Shown here piece after piece: positions 30,356 through 40,672 of a DNA stretch of 64,000 bases. The notes beneath the pieces were generated by a model, which ran no database searches, was not told the DNA's origin, and was given only the letters and a program-made list of their open reading frames with translations. The DNA is from Candidatus Methylomirabilia bacterium. Its GTDB lineage: Bacteria > Methylomirabilota > Methylomirabilia > Rokubacteriales > CSP1-6. Numbering within the stretch: position 1 is the stretch's first letter; each line of letters opens with the position of its first letter. Where the stretch lies: positions 64,001 through 128,000 of the forward strand of contig JBHIBG010000001.1 of assembly GCA_046758965.1 (NCBI GenBank), given 5' to 3'. The position numbers and the translations under genes are program-made.

Positions 30356-30359
30356 CCGT

Positions 30360-31139
30360 TCAAACATCCCACCCCCCATCCACAGTGATCGTCTGGCCAG
30401 TCATATTCCGCGACTCTTCGGAGCAGAGGAAGAGCACCGCACTGGTCACGTCCTCGGCGGTGGTCACCCGGCGGAGCGCCATCTCGTTGACATACTCCTG
30501 GCGGACCTGCTCGGGGGTCCACCCGCGCTTGCGCGCCTTCTCCCGGCAGAGCCTATCCATCCTGTCACCGCTCACAATCCCCGGGGCGACGCAGTTGACG
30601 TTGACGTTGTAGGGGCCCGCTTCCAGGGCGACGGTGCGGGTGAATCCACGGACCGCCCACTTCGATGAGGAGTAGGGGGCGCGGAGCTTGTAGCCGCGGA
30701 GGCTGGAGGTGCCCGCGATGTTGACGATCTTGCCGCGCCGGCGGGCGAGCATGGCGGGAAGCACGTGCTTGACGCAGAGGAAGGTCCCCCTGAGGTTCAC
30801 GGCCAGAACCTCGTCCCACTCCTCGACCTTCACCTCCTGGACCGGAGTCTCGATGGGACCGGTGATCCCGGCCATGTTGACCAGGAGATCGATCTGTCCG
30901 AAGGCCTCGATCGTCCGCTCGACCATCTGCCGGACCGACGCCTCCTCACGGACGTCGGTGGGAACGACAAGGGCCCGACGCCCGAGCGCCTCCACCTCAC
31001 GCGAGAGCTTCTCGAGAGGCGGGATCTCTCTGGCCGCGACGGTCAGATGCGCCCCTTCGGCCGCGAGCCGGAGCGAGACGGCCCGCCCCATCCCCTTGGC
31101 CGGCCCCGTCACGATCGCCACCTGATTCAGGAGCTTCAT
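30360..31139 (-). CDS. SDR oxidoreductase, possibly NADP(H)-dependent
   Basis: TGPAKGMG, basic AAR after beta2, NMAG, YSSSK, TVDGG. Confidence 0.9.
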   Translation of the reverse strand: MKLLNQVAIVTGPAKGMGRAVSLRLAAEGAHLTVAAREIPPLEKLSREVEALGRRALVVPTDVREEASVRQMVERTIEAFGQIDLLVNMAGITGPIETPVQEVKVEEWDEVLAVNLRGTFLCVKHVLPAMLARRRGKIVNIAGTSSLRGYKLRAPYSSSKWAVRGFTRTVALEAGPYNVNVNCVAPGIVSGDRMDRLCREKARKRGWTPEQVRQEYVNEMALRRVTTAEDVTSAVLFLCSEESRNMTGQTITVDGGWDV

Positions 31140-32770
31140 CGATACCCTTCCTCGCGGTCCCGCTCGATGAGATCGGCGGCACGAGCCGCCCGAGCGCCAT
31201 AGCCGCCCCCTCCCGAAGTTTCGATGGTCACGAGGTCTCCGGGCCGGAGCGAGAGCGTCTCTTTCCCTTTCACCTCTCGGACCTCGCCGTCCCGCTCGAG
31301 CGTGATCCGGTACGGCGAGCCGTCTGCCCCCTCGAAGGCTCCCCATGGGGCGACGACGCGACGCTCGAGCATCGTCGTCAGCGTTGCCTCTCCCAAAACC
31401 CGGTAGGCGCGCACCTGCCCGAGGCCTCCGCAGTGCGCGCCGGCCCCGCCGCTCCCGGTCCTGAGCTCGTGACGGAGAACCTCGATCGGATACTCGCCCT
31501 CGATGACCTCGGTCGGGGTGTTCATGACGTTGGAGAGGTGCACGCGCACCGCATGGGCGCCATCGCGGTGATGAGCCGCCCCTTCCCCCCCTCCATGGAC
31601 CTCGTAGAGGATGTACCACCGACCATCCCGTTTCCCCCCGAAAAGGAGCAGGCCCGAGGTCGTCGGCCCTCCCGCCGTGATCCGGTCGGGGATGCCGGGA
31701 GCCAGGGCTTTGAAAACCGCATCCACGACCCGCTGAGAGGTCTCGTGGTTTCCTCCCACCACCGGGGCGTCCGGCGAAGGGTTGAGGACCGTCCCGGGCG
31801 GCACCGCGACACGGATCGGTCGGTAGCAGCCGTCATTGGCGGGGATCTCCGGCCCCACCAGCGCCTTGAGACTGTAGTAGACGGCCGAGCAGGCCACATA
31901 GGGGGTGGTGTTCACCGGCCCCTTCACCTGAGCTCCTGTTCGTGCGAAGTCAAAGCTCGCGCTATCGCCGCTGATCGTCACCCGGACCCGCACAGGAATC
32001 GGCCGATCCTCGATCCCGTCGTCATCCACCCAGTCCTCGCCCTCGTAAGTCCCAGGGGGGATCGTCCGGATCGCTCCGCGCATCAGCGATTCGGATTCGG
32101 CCTGGAAGCGATCGAAGCAAGCGAGTACGGTCTCGACGCCGTAGCGCTCGAACAGCTCGCCGAGGCGGCGTGCGGCGACCTCGTTGGCCGCGTATTGGGC
32201 GAAGAGATCTCCCTCCCGCTCGTCCCGCCCGCGGAGGTTGCCCAGGATGAACTCCAGCGCCGAGCGCTCCGGACCCTTTCGGGTGAAGACGCGGATGGGG
32301 GGGATGCGGAGCCCTTCCTGGTAGGCCTCAGTTGCCCACGGAACGTAGCTGCCGGGCACAGCGCCGCCGATGTCGGCCCAGTGCGCGAGGCTGATGGCGA
32401 ACGCGACCACACGTCCCCCGAAAAAGACGGGGCGGATCGCCTTCACGTCCGGCAGATGATTGCCGCCGACCTCGGGGAGGTTCAAGTAGTACTGGTCGCC
32501 CTCCCGCAGCTGGCGGCGCGGGATCCGCTTGAGGAACTCTGTTACGGTGAAGGCCATGACGCCGAGGTGGATGGGGATGTCTTTCCCCTGGGCGATCAGC
32601 CGCCCGCGGGCGTCGGTGAGGGCGCTCGACAGGTCGCCGGCTTCTTTGAGAAGTGGGGAGCGCGCGGAGCGCATGACGATGACGCTCATCTCCTCGGCGA
32701 TGGCGAAGACGGCGTTGCGCACCACCTCCGCTGTGATGGGGTTCACGGTGCTCCGCTTCGACGGCTTCAC
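31136..32770 (-). CDS. Hydantoinase B / oxoprolinase subunit
   Basis: AEEM...RSARS..KEAGDLS, PIHLG, GNHLPD, HWADIGG..PGS, YQEGLRIPP, GGGGYG. Confidence 0.92.
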   Translation of the reverse strand: MKPSKRSTVNPITAEVVRNAVFAIAEEMSVIVMRSARSPLLKEAGDLSSALTDARGRLIAQGKDIPIHLGVMAFTVTEFLKRIPRRQLREGDQYYLNLPEVGGNHLPDVKAIRPVFFGGRVVAFAISLAHWADIGGAVPGSYVPWATEAYQEGLRIPPIRVFTRKGPERSALEFILGNLRGRDEREGDLFAQYAANEVAARRLGELFERYGVETVLACFDRFQAESESLMRGAIRTIPPGTYEGEDWVDDDGIEDRPIPVRVRVTISGDSASFDFARTGAQVKGPVNTTPYVACSAVYYSLKALVGPEIPANDGCYRPIRVAVPPGTVLNPSPDAPVVGGNHETSQRVVDAVFKALAPGIPDRITAGGPTTSGLLLFGGKRDGRWYILYEVHGGGEGAAHHRDGAHAVRVHLSNVMNTPTEVIEGEYPIEVLRHELRTGSGGAGAHCGGLGQVRAYRVLGEATLTTMLERRVVAPWGAFEGADGSPYRITLERDGEVREVKGKETLSLRPGDLVTIETSGGGGYGARAARAADLIERDREEGYR

Positions 32771-34764
32771 GGGCGCACCTCCAGGTGCAGGTTGCCGAAG
32801 CGGTCGAGCTGGCCTCGCTGACCGGGGTAGATCAGGGTCGTGGCCCAGGGGTCCTCGATGAGGGCGGGACCCTTCAGCGGCTGATCAGGCGCCAGGTCGT
32901 CCCGCCGGTAGACCGGCAGCGGCGTCTCCCCGGTCTCGTGAAAGTACGCCTTGTGCTCCGAAAACGCCTGCCCGTGGCCCCCGGCCGACCACTCCGGCAG
33001 ACGGACCTCATCCGCCCTCGCCAGCGCCCGCACGCGGAGGTTCACGCACTCGATGGCCTCGCCCGTGGCGTAGGCGTAGAGCTGCTGGTGAAGGCCCTGG
33101 AAATCCCGGCGGAGCGTGGCGACCTCGCCGCGCCAGGGGACCGTCAGCTCGTAGTTCTGGCCGACATACCGGAGATCCACGCTTCTCAGGAGCGCGATCC
33201 CGTCCGCCGCGTACCCCTCCGCCCGGAGCGGCTGTGCGACCTGAGCTTCGAGCCTCAGAAAGCGCCGGCCCAACTCCTCGGCGGTGAGCACCCCCAGCGA
33301 GGCCCGGTAGGTCTGAACCTGATCATAGGCGATGTCGGTCACCACGCAGCCGAGGGCAGAGAACACACCGGCGTGAGCGGGAACCACCACCCGTGGCATG
33401 CCGAGTTCTTGGGCGAGCCGCCCGGCGTGCAGGGGTCCTGCCCCGCCGTAGGCGACGAGCGCGAAGTCGCGAAGGTCGAAGCCCCGCTGGACCGAGATGA
33501 GCCGGATCGCCCGAAGCATCGCCGAGTTGGCCACCTCCAGCGCACCGCCCGCTGCCTCGGCCGGGGAGAGTCCCAGGCGCGAGGCGACCGGTGCCAGCGC
33601 CATCTGTGCTCGCTCGCGATCCACGCGGATCGTCCCTCCGAGCACGGCATCCGGCCGGAGTGTGCCCGCGACCACATGGGCATCCGTCACCGTGGCTCCC
33701 TCCCCTCCCAGTCCGTAGCAGGCTGGGCCGGGGCGGGCTCCAGCGCTCTGCGGCCCCACCCGGAGACCGCCCGCCGGGTCGAGCCAAATGAGGGAACCCC
33801 CTCCAGCGCCGATGGATTCCACCGCGAGCGAGGGAAGGCGGATCGGGTGCCCCCCGAGCCTTCGCTGAGGAAGGGTCTGGGCCACCCCCGCTGCGATGAG
33901 GCAGACGTCCGTGGTCGTCCCTCCCATGTCGAAAGCGATCGCGTTCCGAAGCCCCAGACGCTCGGTCAGATACGCGGAGGCCGCCACACCCCCTGCCGGG
34001 CCGGAGACTGCCATCGCCAGCGGACGCCGGCGAGCCGCGGCAGCGGACATCATCCCGCCGTTGGACTGCAACAGGCGCAGCGGCCCGCGGAAGCCCTCGC
34101 GCTCCAGGGACGCTTCGAGCTCAGCCAGGTACCGGTCACCCAGCGGCATCACCTTCGCATTCAGAGCTGTCGTCGCCGAGCGCTCGTACTCGCGGAACTC
34201 CGCGTTGATCTCGTGGGAAGCCGAGACATACGGGAAGCTCCGGGCCAGCGCCGCCGCGAGGCGGGCCTCATGCTCCGGGGCCGCGTAGCTATGAAGGAGG
34301 CAGACCGCAACCGCTTCCACCCCGAAAGCCTGGAGCGCCGCGACGAGGGCCGGTACCTCGTCCTCCGCCAGAGGAACGAGCACCCGCCCGTCGTGAGCCA
34401 CCCGCTCGGTCACCTCGAACCGCAGTCGCCGTGGGATGAGCGGTGGAGGCTTAGGGGGGAAGTCCATGCGGTAGAGGTCCGCTCGATTCTGGCGGCCGAT
34501 CTCGAGGATGTCACGGAAGTGCCGGGTAGTGATGAGAGCGGGCATGGCGCCCCGTCCCTCGATGATCGCGTTGGTCACGATAGTCGTGCCGTGGGCGATG
34601 GCGTCCGCCGCGGAGCCGATCGCCCGCAACCCCTCGAGCACCCCTCGCGCCGGGGCCTCGGGAGTGGTGAGAACCTTCACTGAAGAGAGCTCTCCGCCTT
34701 CCTCGCGACACGCGACAAGGTCGGTGAAGGTGCCGCCGACGTCCACTCCGATGCGGCGACTCAT
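32767..34764 (-). CDS. Hydantoinase A / oxoprolinase ATP-binding subunit
   Basis: GVDVGGTFTD, HGTTIVTNA, REYER, SGPAGGV, DMGGTTTDV, GAGGGS, ATVTDA, YGGAGPLH. Confidence 0.93.
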   Translation of the reverse strand: MSRRIGVDVGGTFTDLVACREEGGELSSVKVLTTPEAPARGVLEGLRAIGSAADAIAHGTTIVTNAIIEGRGAMPALITTRHFRDILEIGRQNRADLYRMDFPPKPPPLIPRRLRFEVTERVAHDGRVLVPLAEDEVPALVAALQAFGVEAVAVCLLHSYAAPEHEARLAAALARSFPYVSASHEINAEFREYERSATTALNAKVMPLGDRYLAELEASLEREGFRGPLRLLQSNGGMMSAAAARRRPLAMAVSGPAGGVAASAYLTERLGLRNAIAFDMGGTTTDVCLIAAGVAQTLPQRRLGGHPIRLPSLAVESIGAGGGSLIWLDPAGGLRVGPQSAGARPGPACYGLGGEGATVTDAHVVAGTLRPDAVLGGTIRVDRERAQMALAPVASRLGLSPAEAAGGALEVANSAMLRAIRLISVQRGFDLRDFALVAYGGAGPLHAGRLAQELGMPRVVVPAHAGVFSALGCVVTDIAYDQVQTYRASLGVLTAEELGRRFLRLEAQVAQPLRAEGYAADGIALLRSVDLRYVGQNYELTVPWRGEVATLRRDFQGLHQQLYAYATGEAIECVNLRVRALARADEVRLPEWSAGGHGQAFSEHKAYFHETGETPLPVYRRDDLAPDQPLKGPALIEDPWATTLIYPGQRGQLDRFGNLHLEVRP

Positions 34765-34773
34765 GGCGCGCCT

Positions 34774-34802
34774 AGACTATAGAGAAAAGGCGAGCCTGTC
34801 AA
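34774..34802 (-). promoter_or_regulatory. Sigma-70 promoter of the hydantoinase operon (near-leaderless)
   Basis: TTGACA-N17-TAGTCT, 9 nt before ATG 34764, no SD. Confidence 0.6.
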
Positions 34803-34852
34803 AGCGCGTGGAGGCGGCGTGCGCTCGCCCCGGTCAGCTCCCCGCGCGGTCC

Positions 34853-35601
34853 GTGAGCGTCAAGAGAGGCGGGGGCGGACCCGACCCTGCCGCGGCGAGC
34901 CTCTTCCTCCCGGCCTCCGCCCTGTTCGCCTTCTTCCTTGCCCCTCTCGTTCTGATGCTCCTCTACAGCGTCTTCTCCTTGAACGAGGCTGATCAAATCG
35001 TCGCCGACCTCACCTTCGGGAACTACTGGGACGTTCTCTCGAAACCCCTCTACTACCGGGCGCTGCTGAACACCTTCTGGATCGCCGTGAAGGTGGCCCT
35101 CCTCTCCCTTCCCCTGGCCTACCCCCTCGCGTACTTCGTGGCGACCGCACCGAAGCGCTACCGGAACCTCCTCTTGGCCCTGGTCATCATCCCGTTCTGG
35201 GCGAGCTACCTCGTGCGGACCTTTGCCTGATGACTATCTTCATGAACCAGGGGGTCCTGGAGAGCCTCACGGCCTTGCTTTCCCCGCTCATCGAGCCCGT
35301 GAAGCTCCTCTAGTCATCTCATGCCGTCACCATCGGCTTCATCCATGTCTTTCTCCCCTTCATGATCCTACCGATGTATGTCTCCATCGCCAACCTGGAC
35401 CCTGACCAGCTGGAGGCCGCCTCGGACCTCGGAGCAGGCCGCCTCAGGACGTTCCTGCGGGTCACGCTCACTCTGACCTTGCCGGGCATCGTGGCGGGAT
35501 CCATCCTTGTGTGTATCCCTACCGTCGGCTCGCCTGTAACTCCGAAACCGCTCGGGGGGGTCAGCGACATCATGATCGGCAACATCATCGAGCGGGAGTT
35601 T
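34853..35601 (+). pseudogene. PotB-like ABC permease pseudogene
   Basis: LAYPLAY, IIPFWASYLVRTFA followed by a 1-nt deletion at the Trp codon (~35229), in-frame TAG at 35311-35313, EAASDLGA, truncated at IGNIIEREF. Confidence 0.85.
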
Positions 35602-36211
35602 GGACGAGCCCCTGGGCCCTCTCGACCTCAAGCTTCGGAAAGAGATGCAGGTGGAGCTGAAGAAGCTCCAGCACGACGTCGGGATCACCTTTCTCTGCGT
35701 CACCCACGACCAGGAGGAAGCCCTGGCGATGAGCGACCGCGTGGCGGTGATCGACCATGGGCGGATCGAGCAGGTAGGGACGCCCCAGGAGATCTACGAG
35801 CGGCCCGCCACGCCTTTCGTCGCCAGCTTCATCGGGGAGACGAACCTGATCGAGGGCGTGGTGGAGAGCAGCGACGAGATCCCCGCCCGAATCAGCAACG
35901 GGAAGATCGGCTTCCTCATCCGCCTGCCTCGCCCTATCCCGGCAGGCAGCCGCATCACCGTCTCCCTCCGGCCGGAGAAGGTCGCAGTCCGCCCCGACCC
36001 CCGAAAGGTCTCGAACATCTTTCAAGCCACCGTCCGGGGAGAGGTCTACCTGGGCTCCCTCCTCCGCTTCGAGGTGGAGTTGGAGGGAGGGCAGGTCCTC
36101 TGGGTCGCCCGGCAGCTCCAGTTCGAGGAGGACTACCTGAGACCGGGCGAGAATGTCACGGTGGGTTGGGGCCCGGAGAGCCGCACCCTCGTGGAGGGTG
36201 TCCCCCCCTGA
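35600..36211 (+). pseudogene. C-terminal half of a PotA-like ABC ATPase
   Basis: Starts at [29 protein letters not shown]-like tail; Walker A and signature motif absent. Confidence 0.85.
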
Positions 36212-36408
36212 CCATGACCCGGCGCTCGAACCGAGCACCGTGCTGGGCCCCTGCTTGACGGATCACCCGCGCATCCACCCGCATCAGTCCCCGCCTTCCA
36301 CCTCCGACAGTGACACCGTTAGCTCGTGAGACCCCAGCGGCACCCGTTCCCGTCAACCCCACTGTCCGGGCCGCCTCGGGAGCGCTCGCCGGGCGTGCAG
36401 GGTCCGCT

Positions 36409-36774
36409 TCAGGGGCGGTCACGCCTGAGGAGCGCTCGAAGCTCCAGGAGCTGTCGCCGTACCCGCTTCAGGACCTCGCCGTGTACCGCCTCTTTCACGC
36501 CCGGCTCGAGGTCGTGACCGTGTTTCCGGGATTCGGCAATGAGCCGCTTCTTGGCGCCTTCCAGGGTGAGCCGTTCCTCGTAGAGGAGGGACTTGATGCG
36601 GGTCACCAGATCCAGATCGCGTTTCGTGTAAAGCCGCTGCCCTGCGGGGTTCTTCTTGGGCCGGAGGAGTTTGAACTCGGATTCCCAGTAGCGAAGGACG
36701 TACGCAGGAGTCTCCGTGAGCGCCTCGGCCTCGCCGATCCGGTAGTAGAGCTTCTCCGGGAACTCCTGGGCCAT
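36409..36774 (-). CDS. MerR-family regulator (ihfA-associated type)
   Basis: PEKLYYRIGE, YVLRYWESEF, GQRLY, LLYEERLTLEGA. Confidence 0.92.
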   Translation of the reverse strand: MAQEFPEKLYYRIGEAEALTETPAYVLRYWESEFKLLRPKKNPAGQRLYTKRDLDLVTRIKSLLYEERLTLEGAKKRLIAESRKHGHDLEPGVKEAVHGEVLKRVRRQLLELRALLRRDRP

Positions 36775-36789
36775 GACCCCAGGGCGAGA

Positions 36790-37071
36790 CTACTGGTTGA
36801 GCCGGAGCTTGAGGCCCTTGCTCGGCTTGAACGTGAGCACCTTTCTGGCAGTGATCTCGATGCTCTCCCCGGTCTGGGGATTCCGGCCGCGGCGGGGAGC
36901 CTTCTTCCTGATGCGGAAGTGTCCGAAGCCGACGATCTTCACGTCGTCGCCCTGGTCGAAGGACCGGAAGATGGTGTCGAAGACCGACTCCACCACCGCC
37001 GCGGACTGCCGCTTCGAGAGGCCGTGTGCCGCCACTGCGTTGATGAGATCGTTCTTCGTCACGGCACTCAC
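36790..37071 (-). CDS. ihfA: Integration host factor alpha
   Basis: TKNDL, VKIVGFGHF, GRNPQTGESIEITARKVLTFKPS; followed by merR. Confidence 0.85.
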   Translation of the reverse strand: MSAVTKNDLINAVAAHGLSKRQSAAVVESVFDTIFRSFDQGDDVKIVGFGHFRIRKKAPRRGRNPQTGESIEITARKVLTFKPSKGLKLRLNQ

Positions 37072-37403
37072 CTCCCCCCCGTTCGCACGGCTTCATCAAC
37101 CCAGGCCAGGTAGCTCGGCGAGCCTGCCTCCACCGGGAGAGCCAGGACTTCAGGGACCGAGTAGGTATGCAGTTCGAACACCCGGCGCTGGAGCGCTTCA
37201 TAGCGCTCCCGGCTCGTCTTGATCACGAGGAGCGCTTCGGATTCCTCCTGGAGCTGCCCTTCCCAGAAGAAGACCGACCGGAGCCCGGGCACCACGTTCA
37301 CGCAGGCAGCCAGGTGCTCGGCCACCACCGCTCGGGCGATCCGTTGCCCCTCTTCGACTGAAGGGGTCGTCACGAGGACAACCAGCGCGCCACGGGGGAT
37401 CAC
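37068..37403 (-). CDS. cutA: Divalent-cation tolerance protein CutA
   Basis: LAACVN, WEG, E.LLVIKT, HTYSVPEV. Confidence 0.93.
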   Translation of the reverse strand: MIPRGALVVLVTTPSVEEGQRIARAVVAEHLAACVNVVPGLRSVFFWEGQLQEESEALLVIKTSRERYEALQRRVFELHTYSVPEVLALPVEAGSPSYLAWVDEAVRTGGR

Positions 37404-38278
37404 TCTCCCGCTTCCTTCATGACGAAGCCGGCAAACCCCTTCTTGGCAAGCTCGGCCAGAGCCGCCTCGGCTCGTTTCCGGCTCGGGTACGCTCCCGCGC
37501 GTACGACGTGGAGCGTGACACTCCCCCTGCTCCGGCGGATCCTCACGGTGAACCCTTCGCCGGACAGCTCTCTCGCGATGGCGACCGCCTCCTTCAGCGA
37601 GGGGAGCGACCGAATCACCACTCCGTCCGAGCCTGCCTCAGTCTGGTACGGCCTTCCAAGCAGCTTCCCATCCACGTCGCGTTTGGACGCGCCTACGACC
37701 ACCACCTCGTGGCCCCGCTCCAGAGGCCGGGAGCGGGTGGCTCGACCGACGGGGAACCGTGCCGCTGAGAGTTTGGCCGCGAGTTGCTCGGCGTAGGCTG
37801 GGTTCTTGAACGCCCCCACCTGGACCCAGTACGTCCCTTTCTCGAGGGTGGCCCTCGCCTCCCTCGGAGCGCGGGGCTCCCGGACCTGGGGCTTCGGCAG
37901 GGGTGGCGCCTTCGGCCTGGCTTGAGGAGCTTTGGCAGTCACCGGCGGCGGAGGGGGGGCCCGCTCGGGTTTGGGCGCGGGAGCGGCCGGAGTGGGTCTC
38001 GGCTCCTCAGCTCGCCTCCGGCTGGGCAATCCCGCGGGAGGCGCCGTCGGCTTCGGCAGCGCCGGGCCCTGTGAAAGCGCCGGAGGAACAGGCGGCGGTG
38101 CGGCCGGCGGCTTTACTGTTGGGGCGGGAGCTGTCATGAGCGGGGGAGGCGGAGGCGGGGCGGGGAACCACCAGTCCAACAGATAGGGGAGCGCCAAGAC
38201 CGCTACCACGAGGAAGGCGATCCCGCCTAGGAGCAGACGAAACCACGACTCCTGAAAGATGCTCCGGGCTGGGCTCAT
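37400..38278 (-). CDS. Membrane-anchored SPOR-domain protein
   Basis: TM, Pro-rich linker, YWVQVGAFKN, HVVRAGAYPSRKRAE. Confidence 0.82.
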   Translation of the reverse strand: MSPARSIFQESWFRLLLGGIAFLVVAVLALPYLLDWWFPAPPPPPPLMTAPAPTVKPPAAPPPVPPALSQGPALPKPTAPPAGLPSRRRAEEPRPTPAAPAPKPERAPPPPPVTAKAPQARPKAPPLPKPQVREPRAPREARATLEKGTYWVQVGAFKNPAYAEQLAAKLSAARFPVGRATRSRPLERGHEVVVVGASKRDVDGKLLGRPYQTEAGSDGVVIRSLPSLKEAVAIARELSGEGFTVRIRRSRGSVTLHVVRAGAYPSRKRAEAALAELAKKGFAGFVMKEAGE

Positions 38279-38364
38279 AATTCCGCCTTATCTTAGCACA
38301 GTCGAAAAGCAACAAAAAAACCGCCTTGGCGCTGGCCCCGTCCGGCGTGGAGGGCGCCGGCCCG

Positions 38365-39318
38365 TCACTGTCCGGAGGCTTCTCGTAGGGCTGCCCTGGA
38401 CTGTCGAGCCCGAAGAAAAACCAGGTCATCGACATAGGCCTCGGCCTGGCTTCGGGTGTCGTCAGAGTCGATCATCACAGCCACCATCCCGATCCGGGGG
38501 GGCTCGCCGCCGAAGAGCTCCACGTAGTCCTGATAGACGTTCCGCTCTTCCCTGACCCAACGGCCCAACTCGGCCGCCCCGCTGCGGAGTACCACGAGCT
38601 TCACGTTGGAGGCCTTGGGGCTGGTGAGCTTCAACCCCACGGGCGCTACGCTGTCCCAGACATAGCCCATCACGGAGCTTTCGGTCCGGGGGGACGGCCA
38701 CCGGACAAAGACCAGGTATATCTGAGCGGCCTGGTCGTCGCGGCTGAGCTCCCTGACGTCGCCGCCCGTTGGAAGCCGGGTGACTTTCCACCACCAGGTG
38801 AGGATCGGGAACTGCTTGAGATTCACAATCACGTCTTGATAGAGGGCGAAGGAGGTCTGAACGCTGCCGAGACGGAACGCGACACGGGACTCTTCCTGCA
38901 CCACCTGAACCCGGGCTGGCCCTACGAACTCCTTGAGATTCCAGGCCGGAGGAATCTCCCGGCTCGGCAGCCTGGTCCACGGGGTGGCCAACACCTTCAC
39001 CGCTAACTCCCGTCCCACCCTTCCGTCTGGACCTCGCGCGGTCTGACCGGGGACTCCGCCCACGGCCGCGGACTCCACCGCCGCCGTTGGAGCCTGCGGC
39101 GAAAGCCCCTGGTCGCGACTGGGAGGGGGCGGGGCTGACCTGCCAAGGCGGCCCGCGGAGTGGGGATCGGGAGGCGAGAGGAACCGGCCGTAAAACTGGC
39201 GGTGTCTCGGGCTGGCGAGCATGACGGCTATCACCGCCAGAACTACCAGGATCGCAAAGACAGCGAGCCCGCCGGTCCCCGAACGCCGCCTGGACACCGC
39301 TCTCCTACCGTCTCTCAC
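38365..39318 (-). CDS. DUF3047-like exported/membrane protein
   Basis: PILTWWWKV..LP.GGD, DDQAAQIY, YVWDS, WVREERNVYQDY.ELFG.EPP, DSDDT. Confidence 0.8.
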   Translation of the reverse strand: MRDGRRAVSRRRSGTGGLAVFAILVVLAVIAVMLASPRHRQFYGRFLSPPDPHSAGRLGRSAPPPPSRDQGLSPQAPTAAVESAAVGGVPGQTARGPDGRVGRELAVKVLATPWTRLPSREIPPAWNLKEFVGPARVQVVQEESRVAFRLGSVQTSFALYQDVIVNLKQFPILTWWWKVTRLPTGGDVRELSRDDQAAQIYLVFVRWPSPRTESSVMGYVWDSVAPVGLKLTSPKASNVKLVVLRSGAAELGRWVREERNVYQDYVELFGGEPPRIGMVAVMIDSDDTRSQAEAYVDDLVFLRARQSRAALREASGQ

Positions 39319-40672
39319 GCCTGACCCGTGCTCGCCGAAAGGCGAGCTGCACGGGCGATCCTGTGAAGCCGAAGGCCTGGCGCAGGGTGTTCACCAGGTA
39401 TCGCTCGTACGAGAAGTGTATGCCATCCGGCCGGTTGACCCGCACGACGAAGGTGGGAGGCATGGTCCGGACCTGGGAGGCCGAGTGGAGGGCGAGGGGG
39501 ATACCTCCGGGAGTGATCGGGCGGCGCTCCACCGCCTGCGCCAGGATCTTGGTCAGCAGTTCGGGCGGGATGCGCTTGGCGGCCTCCTCGCTGACCTGGT
39601 CCACCAGGTCAAAGAGATCGTCGAGCCCGAGGCCGGTGGCCGCTGAGACGAAGGCTACCGGCGCGTACTCGACGAACGGGAGCCGGTCATGAATCTGGCC
39701 CGTGATCTCCGCGCGCCTCGCCGATCCCCGAGGGACCAGGTCCCACTTGTTCACGGCAAGCACCGTCGCTCGTCCGGACTCCTGGGCATAGCCGGCAATG
39801 TGAGCATCTTGGGCTCTGACCCCCTCGGTGGCATCCAGGAGCAGCACCGCCACCTGGCAGCGCTCCAGGCTCTTCAGGGCCATCATCACCGACAGCTTTT
39901 CCAGAGGCTCACGGACGCGGCCTTTCCGGCGAATCCCCGCCGTGTCAATGAGGAGGTAGGAGCGGCCTCGGTACGAGACAGGGGTATCCACCGCATCGCG
40001 GGTGGTTCCGGGGGCCTCGTGGACGAGGACGCGGTCGGTTCCCAGGAGGGCGTTGACCAGCGAGGACTTCCCCACGTTCGGGCGACCGATGATCGCCACG
40101 CCAATGGGCTCGCCTCTGCCTACGCTGCCCGTAGCGTGTCGCACCTGGCGGGGCTCCTCCCTCCCGGCGCCGATCCCCTCCCCGATCGCCATGACCGCCT
40201 CGAGAAGCTCGGCCACGCTCCGGCCGTGCTCGGCCGACACCGGGTACAGGTGTGGGAATCCGAGCTCGTAGAGCTCCCCGAGTTGGGCCTCCTGGCCAGG
40301 ACCCTCCACCTTGTTCGCCACCACGACCACCGCGCGTCGGGAGCGCCTGAGGACCTGCCCGATCTCGAGATCGAGGGGCGTGACGCCGGCCCGGCCATCT
40401 ACCACGAAGAGAATGAGATGGGCCTCCTCGATCGCGGTCAGCACCTGCCGCCTGACCGCGTCGGTGAGGTCATGCTCGGCTGAGGGGTCGAAGCCTCCGG
40501 TGTCCACGACGGTAGCGTGCCAGCGGCCGAAGCTGACCTCGCTGTAGAGCCGATCGCGCGTCACTCCGGGAACGTCGCGGACCAGGGCCTGGCGCCTCCC
40601 GACAAGGCGGTTGAAAAGCGTGGACTTCCCCACGTTGGGCCGGCCCACGATGGCGATCACCGGCACGCCCAC
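39305..40672 (-). CDS. der: Ribosome biogenesis GTPase Der
   Basis: Two GRPNVGKS G domains, GVTRD/GTTRD, DTGG/DTAG, NKVE/NKWD, KH-like tail. Confidence 0.96.
   Translation of the reverse strand: MGVPVIAIVGRPNVGKSTLFNRLVGRRQALVRDVPGVTRDRLYSEVSFGRWHATVVDTGGFDPSAEHDLTDAVRRQVLTAIEEAHLILFVVDGRAGVTPLDLEIGQVLRRSRRAVVVVANKVEGPGQEAQLGELYELGFPHLYPVSAEHGRSVAELLEAVMAIGEGIGAGREEPRQVRHATGSVGRGEPIGVAIIGRPNVGKSSLVNALLGTDRVLVHEAPGTTRDAVDTPVSYRGRSYLLIDTAGIRRKGRVREPLEKLSVMMALKSLERCQVAVLLLDATEGVRAQDAHIAGYAQESGRATVLAVNKWDLVPRGSARRAEITGQIHDRLPFVEYAPVAFVSAATGLGLDDLFDLVDQVSEEAAKRIPPELLTKILAQAVERRPITPGGIPLALHSASQVRTMPPTFVVRVNRPDGIHFSYERYLVNTLRQAFGFTGSPVQLAFRRARVRRERR

Noticed and set aside
35225..35235. TGA in potB as selenocysteine or Trp recoding
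   Set aside because: The homologous frame shifts at that point, and a later TAG and truncation indicate ordinary decay
36210..36240. GGTTCGAG T-loop-like sequence at the distal island edge
   Set aside because: 8-nt loop, no acceptor stem or CCA, and no match to tRNA-Pro
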